64,000 nucleotides of DNA from Octopus sinensis (Eukaryota): the NCBI RefSeq assembly GCF_006345805.1, contig NC_043001.1:18848001-18912000 (forward strand), written 5' to 3'. Shown piece after piece: positions 39,114 to 50,893 of this stretch. Position 1 is the first letter of the stretch. Each line of letters begins with the position of its first letter. A program made the position numbers and the translations under genes. Below the pieces are notes generated by a model that had not been told where the DNA came from, did not search any database, and was given only the letters and a program-made list of their open reading frames with translations.

Positions 39114-39984
39114 ATATATATATATATATACATACATATATACACATATCACCCCACTTGTCGTATGGTTAACACCATATAGATTTCCGGTGCATCCTAG
39201 TTAAGGACCATATTCATGTGAATTCTTTAGAATTCACTAGAATCTCAATTACTTAACCGAATACATACATATATATATAATATATTCTTTATATATATGT
39301 ATATATATATGATTGATTGATTCTAGTTTCAGCTTATGAGCTGTGGCCATGCTGGGGCACCGCCATTATATATAATATATCATATATATGTATGTATGCA
39401 TATATAAAGAACACAATGTATATATTATATATGTTTATAAAAAGAATATTTTACACACACAGACACACACACACACACACATACATATATATATTCTCGT
39501 ATATTTTGTGTATATTTTGTAATTTCATATCTTAGCTTAGTCGAAAAACATTTTACTCTGCGGTTCAACACGCACTTTGCCAGCTGGGCGTGTCATATGT
39601 GTATTGAAGTCAAAGGAAGAGCTCGTAATCACCCCATAGAAAGGACCACTGTACGGGATTTCTACGATCACATCCTTCACGAGGTATCCCTGTTTCTGAC
39701 TGGAGACAACAGGTCTTGGGGTGTGAACCCTGGTTAAAAATCCTACTTTTCTATGGCTAGCACCAACTCTAGAGGCATAAATCAAAATATCAAAATCACG
39801 GCAGAAAATACCGTGGTATCAAGGAGGAAATTTATTGTGCATTGGAGAGCACATTCGCTCAAATATGTTGAGCGCCATTGTAAAAGAGAAAACTCAAGAA
39901 ACATGAGAAAGTAAATGCAATTTATCTTGTGTATTTATGCTACTGGTAAGCTTTGCAGCTTTCAAAAGGTCGGTAGGGTACAAG

Positions 39985-40219
39985 GCGGTGAGCTGGCAGA
40001 AACGTTAGCACGCCGTGCGAAATGTGTAGCCGTATTTCGTCTGCCGTTACGTTCTGTGTTCAAATTCCGCCGAGGTCGATTTTGCCTTTCATCCTTTCGG
40101 GGTCGATAAATTAAGTACCAGTTACGCACTGGGGTCGATGTAATCGACTTAATCCGTTTGTCTTTCCTTGTTTGCCCCTTCTGTGTTTAGCCCCTTGTGG
40201 GTAGTAAAGAAATAGGTAT
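39985..40219 (+). mobile_element. SINE family C, full length with TSD
   Basis: TSD ggtacaag at 39977-39984 and 40220-40227. Confidence 0.9.
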
Positions 40220-40319
40220 GGTACAAGCACTCTAGATATAAGCTCGTTCGATTTACTTTGGAAATGAACGATTACCATTAAAAAATATTACTTCTTGAAA
40301 ACCCACCGGCAACGGGGAA

Positions 40320-40985
40320 ATTGTGACATATACAAGTTTAACAGATTGGAAGTATGTAGCTTTGAACTTGCGCATTAGTTGTCCAGTAGACATCGTAGTG
40401 TCATTTCAAAGAAAGTGGTGACAGCAACTCGACAGCGTACTTGACAACTAAACAGCCAACTAAAGACAGCACTGCTTGTTGACAATGTGAGAGGGAACTA
40501 GAAAATGTGTTCTAACAAATGCTTACTTCACTGCAAACTGATCAGCAACGCCGTGTCAGATGGTTGTTCGTTCTTAGCGGAGATAAAAGAAATAGAAGAC
40601 AAGCGGCAACGCTAAAAAATGTAAATACATTGGCAGCGTGAATGTGATGGCTGGTTGTTGGAATATTCGCACCTTACTTGACTCAGAAAGAGGTATTAAT
40701 ATTCATATTCAGTGTGCATCATAGAAAAGGTTTCAGCATGCATCATACATAACGAAGAGAAAGAAAGCAGCAACATCAAAAGCTGCGGGCAAAAGTACTC
40801 AATGTGAAATGTGTTGAAGAATCTGTCTTCCTCTTTCTGCTTTCAAGAGTAGTCACATGAGAGGAAATGATGATATGAAACGTGCGTGTAGTATCCTCAG
40901 CATCTTAGTTTGAAGTGCGATATAGGTGGAAAAGGTTTAGAGTCGAAAGTTGGCATGAGAAGCCATCTACGAAGTCATTCAAGGA
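40320..40985 (+). mobile_element. Internally deleted RTE-type LINE (ORF start joined to C-terminal zinc fingers)
   Basis: AGCWNIRTLLDS (APE start motif WNVRTL, 40650-40685) followed within 130 nt by QCEMC*RICLPLSAFKSSHMRG and KCDIGGKGLESKVGMRSHLRSH. Confidence 0.6.
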
Positions 40986-41056
40986 AAGAGGCAGGAGAAA
41001 TTAGAAAACGTCATAATGGAGGGCGAGCTGAAAACCATTAAGTATGTAGTCAAGCA

Positions 41057-41406
41057 TGTATGTATGTATGTGTGTATGTATGTATGTATTTATGTATGTG
41101 TGTATGTATGTATGTATGTATTTATGTATGTGTGTGTGTATGTATGTGTGTATGTATGTATGTATGTATTTATGTATGTGTGTATGTATGTATGTGTGTA
41201 TGTATTTATGTATGTGTGTATGTATGTATGTATGTATGTATTGAATGTACGTATGTATGTATGTATGTATTTATGTATGTGTGTATGTATGTATGTATGT
41301 ATGCAAGCATGTATATAAGTATGTATGTATGTATGTATTTATGTATGTGTGTATGTATGTATGCAAGCATGTATATAAGTATGTATGTACGTATGTATGT
41401 ATATAC

Positions 41407-41437
<31 letters not shown>

Positions 41438-41461
41438 TGTATGTATGTATGTATGTATGTA
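41057..41461. repeat. (TATG)n microsatellite
   Basis: Directly visible; abuts the 3' end of the R4-type LINE. Confidence 0.95.
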
Positions 41462-42980
41462 TTGTTCAGTTTTATTTCAAGATTTCTTACCAATAGCGAA
41501 ATAGCCAGTTTCTAATCTAGATCCAAGGCTTCTTCATTGGAATTTCAACATTAACAACAGGGTCTTTTTGTTTGTTTGTATGTAAGTTTGTATGTATGTA
41601 TATGTACAGATTTGTATATTTTGTTTTATGTATGTTTTCTCATGCCATGCATATATATGCATATCTTGACATGCTCATATATTTAAATGATAAACTTCTG
41701 GAAAGTTTTACAGATTTTTACAGTTACAGTGACAGATTGGATCAGTAGTCTTCGAATTAGTTTTCTCCTTTCTGTTGTTCAGAAGCCTAATTCCTCAAGA
41801 TTGGTATTTAGACAGTGTGTTACGTATCCCATGGCCCCAATAATTACACGTATAAACCTGAACTTGTAATCTGGATAGAGTAACTGCAGATTTCTCAATA
41901 GTTCAACATATGTGTTCCCTTTTTCACTGATATTCATCTTTATGTTAACATTCGCTGGGCAATTAATTTCCACAATTGTGCACAGTTTCTCTTCTCTATT
42001 CCAAATCATTATATCAGGTCTGTTGTGCATACATTTTATTAAGGTCTACACAGGGACATTCCATCAGTATTCCTTTTTATTACGAGTGGCTATGGTTTCT
42101 ACCATATTATGGGTTCTTATTTATTTATCCTCGAGGTTATCCTTTCGACGGATTTCATTATGGTGTCCTAGCTTCAACGTCATGTTTCATCGGTAGATAA
42201 TACCGTGATGACATTTTCGAACAACTGCTTATGATGTGCGTAATATCTTCAGTGTGAACACCACAAAGTCTGCATCGGTTGTCACATTTTACGGCTTTTC
42301 CTGCATCCCTTTCTCTTTTGTGCATCAGGTATTTGGTTGAAATTTCCTGTTACTGGATTGCAAACGTATACTCTTCAAAGTGGGAGGTAGTAATCCGGCT
42401 ATTGATCCATGATAAACTGCTTTGACAATCGATGTTACCATCATCTCGTAGCTTTCTACTAACATATCCATGCATAATCTTCCGCTCATATAAGCTCATC
42501 CTTTTATCCGATGATACATTATGGTAGAGTCGTGCGACTGTTTTGGGCATGCATTCTAGGTTATCAGACAAAGTGTTGCTCAAGGAGCTGCCTTCCAAGT
42601 TTATGATGTTATCAGCCTCATGTATGAAAACGTGGTCAGAGGATTTACTTCGATACTTGGTGGTTAGAAAATGTTGCCGAAGGGATATGATGCGATATCC
42701 AAAGGCATTTTGGATCGATGTTAAGCCTCTGCCGCCTTGTTTTCGTTTTAGGTAGAGGCAGTCAACATAACTGTTTATGTGGAAATTATGTAGGCTTGTT
42801 AGTATTTTCCGGGTTTTTACATCAATGGCTCGGATCTCATCAAGCGTCCAATCAAGCAGCCCAAATGTTGGTATGAGTGATGGCACTGCAGACACACTGT
42901 GGGTCACTGTTTTATTGAATGCAGAGAGTTCTGAGGTCCAAAGTTTCTTTATTCGACTGTAATATTCTTTCGTGACACGT
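41462..42980 (-). mobile_element. 5'-truncated R4/Dong-clade non-LTR retrotransposon (post-RT region, Zn knuckle region, RLE endonuclease, 3' UTR)
   Basis: Translations AVPSLIPTFGLLDWTLDEIRAIDVKTRKIL...VDCLYLKRKQGGRGL and HNRPDIMIWNREEKLCTIVEINCP...EKGNTYVEL...VIIGAMG (PD-(D/E)xK type RLE); stops and frameshifts present. Confidence 0.85.
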
Positions 42981-42981
42981 A

Positions 42982-43102
42982 TCTATGTATGTATGTATGT
43001 ATGTATGTATGTATGTATGTATGTATGTATGTATGTATGTATGTATGTATGTATGTATTGAATGTATGTATTGTATGTATGTATATAAGTATGTATGTAT
43101 GC

Positions 43103-43145
<43 letters not shown>

Positions 43146-43393
43146 CAGGTAGGTAGGTATTTATGTATATATGCATGCTTATATGTACGTACGTACGTAC
43201 GAAACGTATGTATTTTTGTATGTATCTATGTATGTATTTATGTATGTATGCATGAATGTATGTATGCATGCATGTATGTATGTATGTATGTATGTATGTA
43301 TGTATGTATGTATGTATGTATGTATGTATGTATGTATGTATGTATGTATTGAATGTATGTATTGTATGTATGTATATAAGTATGTATGTATGC

Positions 43394-43434
<41 letters not shown>

Positions 43435-43615
43435 CAGGTAGGTAGGTATTTATGTATATATGCATGCTTATATGTATGTACGTACGTACGTACGAAACGT
43501 ATGTATGTTTGTATGTATCTATGTATGTATTTATGTATGTATGCATGAATGTATGTATGCATGCATGTATGTATGTATGTATGTATGTATGTATGTATGT
43601 ATGTATGTATGCATG
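42982..43615. repeat. (TATG)n array containing a 291-bp tandem duplication
   Basis: gtattgaatgtatgtattg at 43055 and 43346, each followed by the same gcaggtaggtagg and gtacgaaacg variants. Confidence 0.9.
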
Positions 43616-44331
43616 TACCATAAACTCTGCAACTAATCTTTTCACGATTAATTGGAAGCGTGTATGGTTCTGTTAGAAATAGTTGATTGAATAATATTAA
43701 GTTAAAATATAAATTTCCCTATAAACCTTGAGTGGGTTATGGGTTAAAATCAAATCCAAGATTTATGTACCAGAATCCAACGGTCTGAAATAGCAGCTTC
43801 GTAGATTGAGCTAGGTCAAATGGAAATTGAATGGGTGTGCGCAGGAACTAAGCTCACCAGAAGATTAGCATCATTCCCCAGCTCTCGTACAATGCGAGGT
43901 TACAGTAATACAGTAATGGTATTGTAATATAAATCATATGCATAGGATAGCACATCAATTATTTAGTGAGAAGTCAGCTGAAAGCCAGCGTCCCGACAGA
44001 CTGATACGTAGTAAATATTTAAAAACCTAAAAGGAATGAATATAATGGGAATTTATGGAGCCTCGTCATAAAAGCGTGTTCCAAAGCAAAGTTGACAATA
44101 GAACCTACCGGAAAGTATAGTAACAATATTTGACAAGTGAAACTATGAAATAAGTGCAATTCAACAATTAAGCCAAACTCTGTGAATGATGAATGTGCGA
44201 ATATGGAAGTAAATAACAGCGGCACCAAACAGATTCAGATTCATACGATCACGTATGCATGTATATATGTATACTTCTGTGTAAACACACACACAAACCG
44301 ACACACATACATACATACATGCATAAATATA

Positions 44332-44398
<67 letters not shown>

Positions 44399-44447
44399 TC
44401 GGTAGCCACTACACACATTTTTTCACGCCTTGTTTTTTTCTGTGTCC

Positions 44448-44483
44448 CTTTCTGTAGAAGAGCGTAGGCTCGAAACGTAAAAG
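44448..44483 (+). ncRNA. Minimal hammerhead motif with CUGUAGA core variant, in a PLE-like terminal repeat fragment (about 44395-44575)
   Basis: CTTT-CTGTAGA-A-GAGC-gtag-GCTC-GAAAC-GTA|AAAG; stem III is the palindrome ACGT. Confidence 0.65.
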
Positions 44484-44869
44484 CCTTTTTCAATTCCTGA
44501 GTGTTATACTAATATATCTGTTTGTTTTCTACACCTGTCTTCGTCTTTTTTTTTTTTCGTGAACTCTCCCTATATATATATATATATGCAAATGTTTGTT
44601 TTCATATTTGTTTTCATGGGTTGATGGAAGAAATGGAAAGGCATAGCATCATTGGTTTGTGAGATAAACGAGAAGAAGAAAACAAAAACCTTTCTGGGGT
44701 TATCTTCTGAGTGAAGGTTCCCTAATTGCTTAGAACATACAGCACTTTGCTACAGACATCTAGACTGCTGGAGGAAAAGTTGATGCTAAACCGTAACGGA
44801 TTAAGTCTACTGTGAATGAATATATACAAAATTTCGGAAGAAAGCTAAGCATAAAAATCTATCCACGCA

Positions 44870-45229
44870 TACACACACACGCGCGCATGTGTGTGCGTGC
44901 GTGCGTGTGTGTGTGTGTGTGTATGTGTTTGTGTGTGTGTGTGTGTGTGTGCGTATGTGTGTATGTGTGTGTGTTTGTATGTGCGTGTGTGTGTGTGTTT
45001 GTGTGTATGTGTGTATGTTTGTGTGTGTATGTGTGTGTGTGCGTATGTGTGTGTGTGTTTGTGTGCGCGTCTGTGTGTATGTGTGTGTGCATGTGTGTGT
45101 GTATGTGTTTGTGTGTGTGTGTGTTTGTATGTGTGTATGTGTATGTGTGTGTATGTGTATGTGTGTGTATGTGTTTGTGCGTGTTTGTGTGTGCGTGTGT
45201 GTGTGTGCGTGTGCGTGTGTGTGCATGTG

Positions 45230-45260
<31 letters not shown>

Positions 45261-45339
45261 TTGTGCGTGTATGTGTATGTGTGTGTATGTTTATGTGTGT
45301 GTATGTGTTTGTGTGTGTTTGTGTGTGTGCGTGTGTGTG

Positions 45340-45383
<44 letters not shown>

Positions 45384-45405
45384 TGCGTGTGTGTGTGTGC
45401 GTGTG
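44870..45405. repeat. Degenerate (TG)n microsatellite
   Basis: Directly visible. Confidence 0.95.
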
Positions 45406-45409
45406 CTCA

Positions 45410-45600
45410 TATCTCAAGAAGCTTTCTTTGGATTCTTGCAGGCCGAGTTTCGATTTCAGTGTCTTTTAGTCTCTTGTCAAGCAGTTTGTCGAGCGGCCCA
45501 GTTGGCCCTGGAACCCTTTTTACTTTTACCTCTCCATCTCGCCTGCTAGATCCTGACGTTTCGCAGTTTTCTCAATTTTCTTGATACACACCATACTGCC
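45410..45600 (-). mobile_element. Decayed 3' fragment of a second R4-type LINE
   Basis: Minus-strand translation EKTAKRQDLAGEM../VKVKRVP...DKLLDKRLKDTEIETR (cf. EKxxKYQDLAxE+..VKVxVVP..G.LG...KxLxKxLKxxGI). Confidence 0.45.
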
Positions 45601-46438
45601 ATATGGTTTAACAAAATCTATGACTTTCACAGGTTTTTCTCGGTTCTGTTCTGTTTTCTTTCTATCATATTCGGTCTCTTCGACTCGACACTATGGTCAG
45701 TTTCTATGGAGAAATCCAATACAATTCTGTAATTATTATCCAATATCACAGCTTTTGGCTCATATATTACAATTATTTTTGTTGCTATTATTGTTGTTAT
45801 TTATGTATTTATTAATAGTCTCGTCTTCAGTTCCAAGTTCAATCTACGAGAGAAATGAATGTCTTTTAACCCACCAAAGAAGATAAATATCAACTTCAAA
45901 GAAACCTGACTTAACTTCATTATCGAGCCGCTGCATAGATTACAAAGACCGCTCTAGGCTTCTAACTACACATCTATTGCTAATTCTGCATAAAGCAGTT
46001 TCATTGTGAAACTTTCCGTTGTCCATCTTCAGTAATTTATGACCAAAGTGCAACAATGATTATGAATAATTCTGCGTAATCTGTAGTGAGATCCACAGAA
46101 AGTGTAAGCTTCTGGCAAGGAGACACTAAGATTTAGTGACGACTTTCAATTGGCCTCATTTTATTTAACTCACGTTGTTGCATGATTAGTTTGGTATCTC
46201 CACTATCGTTTTCAAAGTTTTCTACTTCCTTCAAACAACGTGATTTTTGAGGTTCGTGAAAGAGATATCAAGATATCAAGATATTGGTGCAAATAGAAAA
46301 CCCAGCAATACAAAGCTTTCATAATAATTACATTTAAGCAAAGAAGAGCAGTTAATTCCAATGGCAAATCGATGAACTCCATTCTTAAATCAAAACAAAC
46401 AATAACTAATGCAACCAGCATCAGATAAATATATATAT

Positions 46439-46655
46439 ACACAATGGGATGCTGAAAAATTCCTTTAAGGGTGTCGCGAAAGGCTTGGTTGGAGGCCCAA
46501 TCTTCCGAGTTCTTTTACAGGGCTTAGAAGAATTGATGGATCACTGCAATATGTGTATGGATCTTAAAGGGGAATATGCTGAATAAAATCATAATCAACT
46601 GATCTTCCTGTATTTTCGTTTACCCTAAGCTATGAACTTTACTCCACCCCTTCGT
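46439..46655 (+). mobile_element. Short mariner-derived element (degenerate TIRs plus transposase C-terminus)
   Basis: gggatgctgaaaaattcc ... gaactttactccaccccttcgta ends; encodes GLEELMDHCNMCMDLKGEYAE*. Confidence 0.55.
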
Positions 46656-47206
46656 ATATATATATATATTAAGGTATGTAGAAAAATACAACATGGACAA
46701 GAACGTATAACTCTTAGAAGACGATACAATAAACACGGACAGGACATTCGAAACCCTCAGTCTTCAGTCAAGAACCGGATCATCGTAGTAATTTCGGCTG
46801 ATTAATCTTGAGATTACTAGATCACGGCCAGCCCTCCAAGAAAAACTAAGCAACGAGCATTAGAAAAAACTAAGCTGGGAGCGTAGATTTCCTGGAAGAA
46901 GGATCGAATGCATACGGACACCAGGACAGCAAAAGGGACGATATAAAAAAACAAAAAAATAATGGAATACAGAAACATGAAATACAGAAGCATTAACGGT
47001 GAAAACAACAACAAGTGTCTTACGACTGATAACAAGCAAACAAATTTTTTCTCTGGCGCAAGGAAAGGAGCCTTATCGGCGATGCCTATAGCGGCGGACG
47101 AAAAACAACGATGTTAACACGACGCTGGTCAGAAGCTGAAAGGCAGATTTCGGCCAGCAGTCACGTGACAGAGAAGAGAGAAAAGAAAAGAAAGAGAAGC
47201 AACGGA

Positions 47207-47241
<35 letters not shown>

Positions 47242-47553
47242 GAGGGACAAACGCAACAAAGAGAGAGAAGAGAGAGAAAGAAGGAATCAGAGAGGAGAAG
47301 GGATGGGTGTCGAAGATTGACCTGTGAGTGCAGAGCGAGACAAAGAAATAGGAGGGTAGTGGAAGATTAGACCAAAGAATCAGAGGAAAGAGAAGAGAAA
47401 AAGAGGATGAGTAGAGAGAGAAGGGGACAGATCAAGTAAAAGTGAGAGAGAGAGAGAGACAAACAAAGAGTCGTACCAGTTATTAAGAATATGTGCTCAC
47501 ATTAATGTTAAGAGGGTACGTGGCGCCTGGAATATATGTTAAGGTATGTAGAA

Positions 47554-47783
47554 GGCGGCGAGCTGGCAGAAACGTTAGCACGCCGGGCGAAATGCGTAGC
47601 CGTATTTCGTCTGCCGGTACGTTCAGAGTTCAAATCACGCCGAGGTCGACTTTGCCTTTCATCCTTTCGGGGTCGATAAATTAAGTACCAGTTACGCACT
47701 GGGGTCGATGTAATCGACTTAATCCGTTTGTCTGTCCTTGTTTGTCCCCTCTATGTTTAGCCCCTTGTGGGCAATAAAGAAAC
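47554..47783 (+). mobile_element. SINE family C, full length
   Basis: ggcggcgagctggcagaaacgttagc...gccccttgtgggcaataaagaaac. Confidence 0.9.
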
Positions 47784-48402
47784 ATATATATATATATAAA
47801 TCAATAAATGGTGGGGTTGTGTTGACCGCACGTGGAGAAATGATAGGCGAGGAAAAATTATAAAATGGCAGAATGCTAAATTGAAGGTAAATTTTAATAA
47901 AAATGGGTGTATGGAAAATTTTAAAAATTAAAAAAATATTAACTCTAACCGATTTTCATCGCAATGCAATTTTTCAAGAATTGAAAAGTGAAAAGAAATT
48001 TTTTAAAGTTGAGGAAGGGGAAAAAAGAAATTTACATTGTTTTTTTTTCAAAAATATAATAATAAACATATACAAAAATTAAAAAATAGGTATACCGATA
48101 CATTTTAAAGTCTTTATGTTTTTGGAGTCCAATGATAGTCCTTGGAAAAATTTCCTTGGAGGTTTAAGATCCATGTGATTAAACGTGGTGCTTAGTTTAG
48201 GATGTTTGTTAAATATATATATATATGTATATATACAAGATAAGAAAATGGAGAAATACATCTAAATCAAATATCAATTACCAGATAATACTCAATCACA
48301 TACTTTATTAAACCACCACATAAGAGACTGTAGGGTTAAACAAAAAAGCAGAACAAATCAGTGTACATCAAGGAATGTACATAAAAAAGTGTACATAAAA
48401 GA

Positions 48403-48411
48403 GTATGTATG

Positions 48412-48445
<34 letters not shown>

Positions 48446-48637
48446 TGTATGTATGTATGTATGTATGTATGTATTCATGTATGTATGTATGTATGTATGT
48501 ATGCATGTATGTATGTATGTATGTATGTATTCATGTATGTATGTATATATGTGTGTATGTATGTATGCATGTATGTATGTATGTATTCATGTATGTATGT
48601 ATGTATGTATGTATGTATGTATGTATGTATGTATGTA
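48403..48637. repeat. (TATG)n microsatellite
   Basis: Directly visible. Confidence 0.95.
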
Positions 48638-49026
48638 CAGTCAAAAGGTGAGAGTTGGACATGTTGAGTATAAAACACACGTAGTAATGCTCAAACAATT
48701 TCAACTTAAACTCCGAAATCTTCATCGAGGACTAGATCCAAGGTCTCTAAAGAAACTGTAAGAGAAACCCACGTGAGCTGATATGGAGATAGTGATAGAT
48801 AAATACGACTGGGCTTGATGTATATAAACATATGTAAACGAATACACCCCCTCCATACACACAGATACATACAACTAAATATATTTAGAAGATAAGCACC
48901 TATGTACAAGCATATATATATATATATATATATATACTAACAATATAGGATGAAGTCCCTTTCTCTACAGAAAAGGAATCCATCAGGAAGCGTGGCAGTA
49001 TATTCAAAAAACCGTTACGGTTGAAG

Positions 49027-49126
49027 TATAAACATCATATAATTAAGGGCTAAAGAGGGTTATTCTAAAGCGAATACACTGATTGGCTTTAGAATAACCC
49101 TCTTCAGCCCTTAATTATATGATGTT

Positions 49127-49130
<4 letters not shown>
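49027..49130. repeat. Hairpin, 45-bp arms, 14-nt loop
   Basis: tataaacatcatataattaagggctaaagagggttattctaaagc pairs with gctttagaataaccctcttcagcccttaattatatgatgtttata (1 mismatch). Confidence 0.95.
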
Positions 49131-49188
<58 letters not shown>

Positions 49189-49192
49189 TATA

Positions 49193-49512
49193 CTGACTAA
49201 TTCAAGTGTAACAAATACCATACGACATGTAATCTTGATTTGCTAAAATTATCTCCGCTTCTAGTGGGTGTAACATAATTAATCGCCAAATGGCAATATG
49301 ATCAGCTCCACAGCCGGTCTTAAGGTAATATCTCTATACATATATTTACTGGTTGCATACCAATGCTTTTTTTGCACATTCCATCTGTCAATTATGAGCT
49401 TACAGTTATTACGTAATTCTGAGCTTCCAGAAACAGCTGTCAAGTTAAAAAAAAACTGTGCATTCTCTATTTAGTATTCTGTATTTTTATGTTCTATGCA
49501 AATATATTTGCC

Positions 49513-49551
<39 letters not shown>

Positions 49552-49699
49552 GAGCGTAGGCTCGAAAAGTAAAAGACTTTTTCTATTCCTGAGCGTTATA
49601 CTAATGCATCTGTTTGTTTTGTACACCACCTGTCTTCGTCTTTTGTTTTTTCGTAAACTCTCCCTATATATATATATATAATATATATAATATATATAT

Positions 49700-49732
<33 letters not shown>

Positions 49733-49848
49733 TAGGGAGAGTTTACGAAAAAAACAAAAGACGAAGACAGGTGGTGTACAAAACAAACAGATGCATTAGT
49801 ATAACGCTCAGGAATAGAAAAAGTCTTTTACTTTTCGAGCCTACGCTC

Positions 49849-49893
<45 letters not shown>

Positions 49894-50210
49894 CAAATAT
49901 ATTTGCATAGAACATAAAAATACAGAATACTAAATAGAGAATGCACAGTTTTTTTTAACTTGACAGCTGTTTCTGGAAGCTCAGAATTACGTAATAACTG
50001 TAAGCTCATAATTGACAGATGGAATGTGCAAAAAAAGCATTGGTATGCAACCAGTAAATATACGTATAGAGATATTACCTTAAGACCGGCTGTGGAGCTG
50101 ATCATATTGCCATTTGGCGATTAATTATGTTACACCCACTAGAAGCGGAGATAATTTTAGCAAATCAAGATTACATGTCGTATGGTATTTGTTACACTTG
50201 AATTAGTCAG
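49193..50210. repeat. About 1-kb inverted duplication centred on a (TA)n array
   Basis: 49193-49666 is the reverse complement of 49733-50210. I found one substitution and one homopolymer length difference in the unique parts. Each arm includes a PLE-like fragment (gagcgtaggctcgaaaagtaaaagac). Confidence 0.95.
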
Positions 50211-50354
50211 TATAGTTTAAATGCATTCTACTGGCCAGTCTGACGTGCTTCTCCTTTTTTTTTAATTATGCAAAACACTTTGGCCTTAAATGTGTTCTAA
50301 CTCTTTTTGCACAAGTCTAAGTCCCTTGGTTACAAGAAATAAGGTTTGGCAGTT

Positions 50355-50399
50355 GTCGTGCTGATGAAAGCTATTAAGCTAGAAACACGTGTCCACGAC
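50355..50399 (+). ncRNA. Type I hammerhead ribozyme motif with intact core
   Basis: GTCGTG-CTGATGA-a-AGCT-atta-AGCT-a-GAAAC-ACGT-GTC|CACGAC. Stem I is 6 bp, stem III is the palindrome ACACGTGT, and the cleavage triplet is GUC. Confidence 0.8.
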
Positions 50400-50527
50400 T
50401 GAAATCTCCAGATGATAAGCCTGTCCTTTCCTTAATGGCATGTATACTTGGGGAATTCACGAACTTGAGATTATCTCCCCTTCTCATGTGGAGCTGGCCT
50501 TAGCTATATTTTGCGATTATGATACAT

Positions 50528-50578
<51 letters not shown>

Positions 50579-50654
50579 TAAGGGTAGAAATTGATATTTA
50601 TCAATTAAAACCAGTGGTCTAGCATATTAAAAAGAATCCGAAGATTAAAATATT

Positions 50655-50854
50655 TATATATACCAATTAAGGACTGAACACGAAAAGTGGACAGTCAACA
50701 TGCTAGATATAGACGTCAAATCGCCATTCTCCACAAAGATTATGTTCTCAAATCAAATGAATTTGATTTGAGAACATAATCTTTGTGGAGAATGGCGATT
50801 TGACGTCTATATCTAGCATGTTGACTGTCCACTTTTCGTGTTCAGTCCTTAATT

Positions 50855-50864
<10 letters not shown>
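50655..50864. repeat. Perfect palindrome, 104-bp arms, 2-nt centre
   Basis: 50655-50758 is the exact reverse complement of 50761-50864, with centre ga. Confidence 0.97.

Positions 50865-50893
<29 letters not shown>

Noticed and set aside
41490-41540. Hammerhead-like string in the R4 3' UTR (minus: CCAATGA..agcc..GAAAC)
   Set aside because: Two core mismatches and no convincing stem I or III.
46765-46825. Hammerhead-like remnants on the minus strand (TAGTAAT-CTCAAGA...GAA-ATTACTA; CTGAAGA...GAAT)
   Set aside because: Core mutated and stems II/III missing; cannot be supported as a ribozyme.
49395-49445. GAAAC-AGCT-GTC half-motif inside the 1-kb inverted repeat
   Set aside because: No CUGANGA upstream (only TTATGA) and extra bases before GAAA; possibly an old remnant, not callable.
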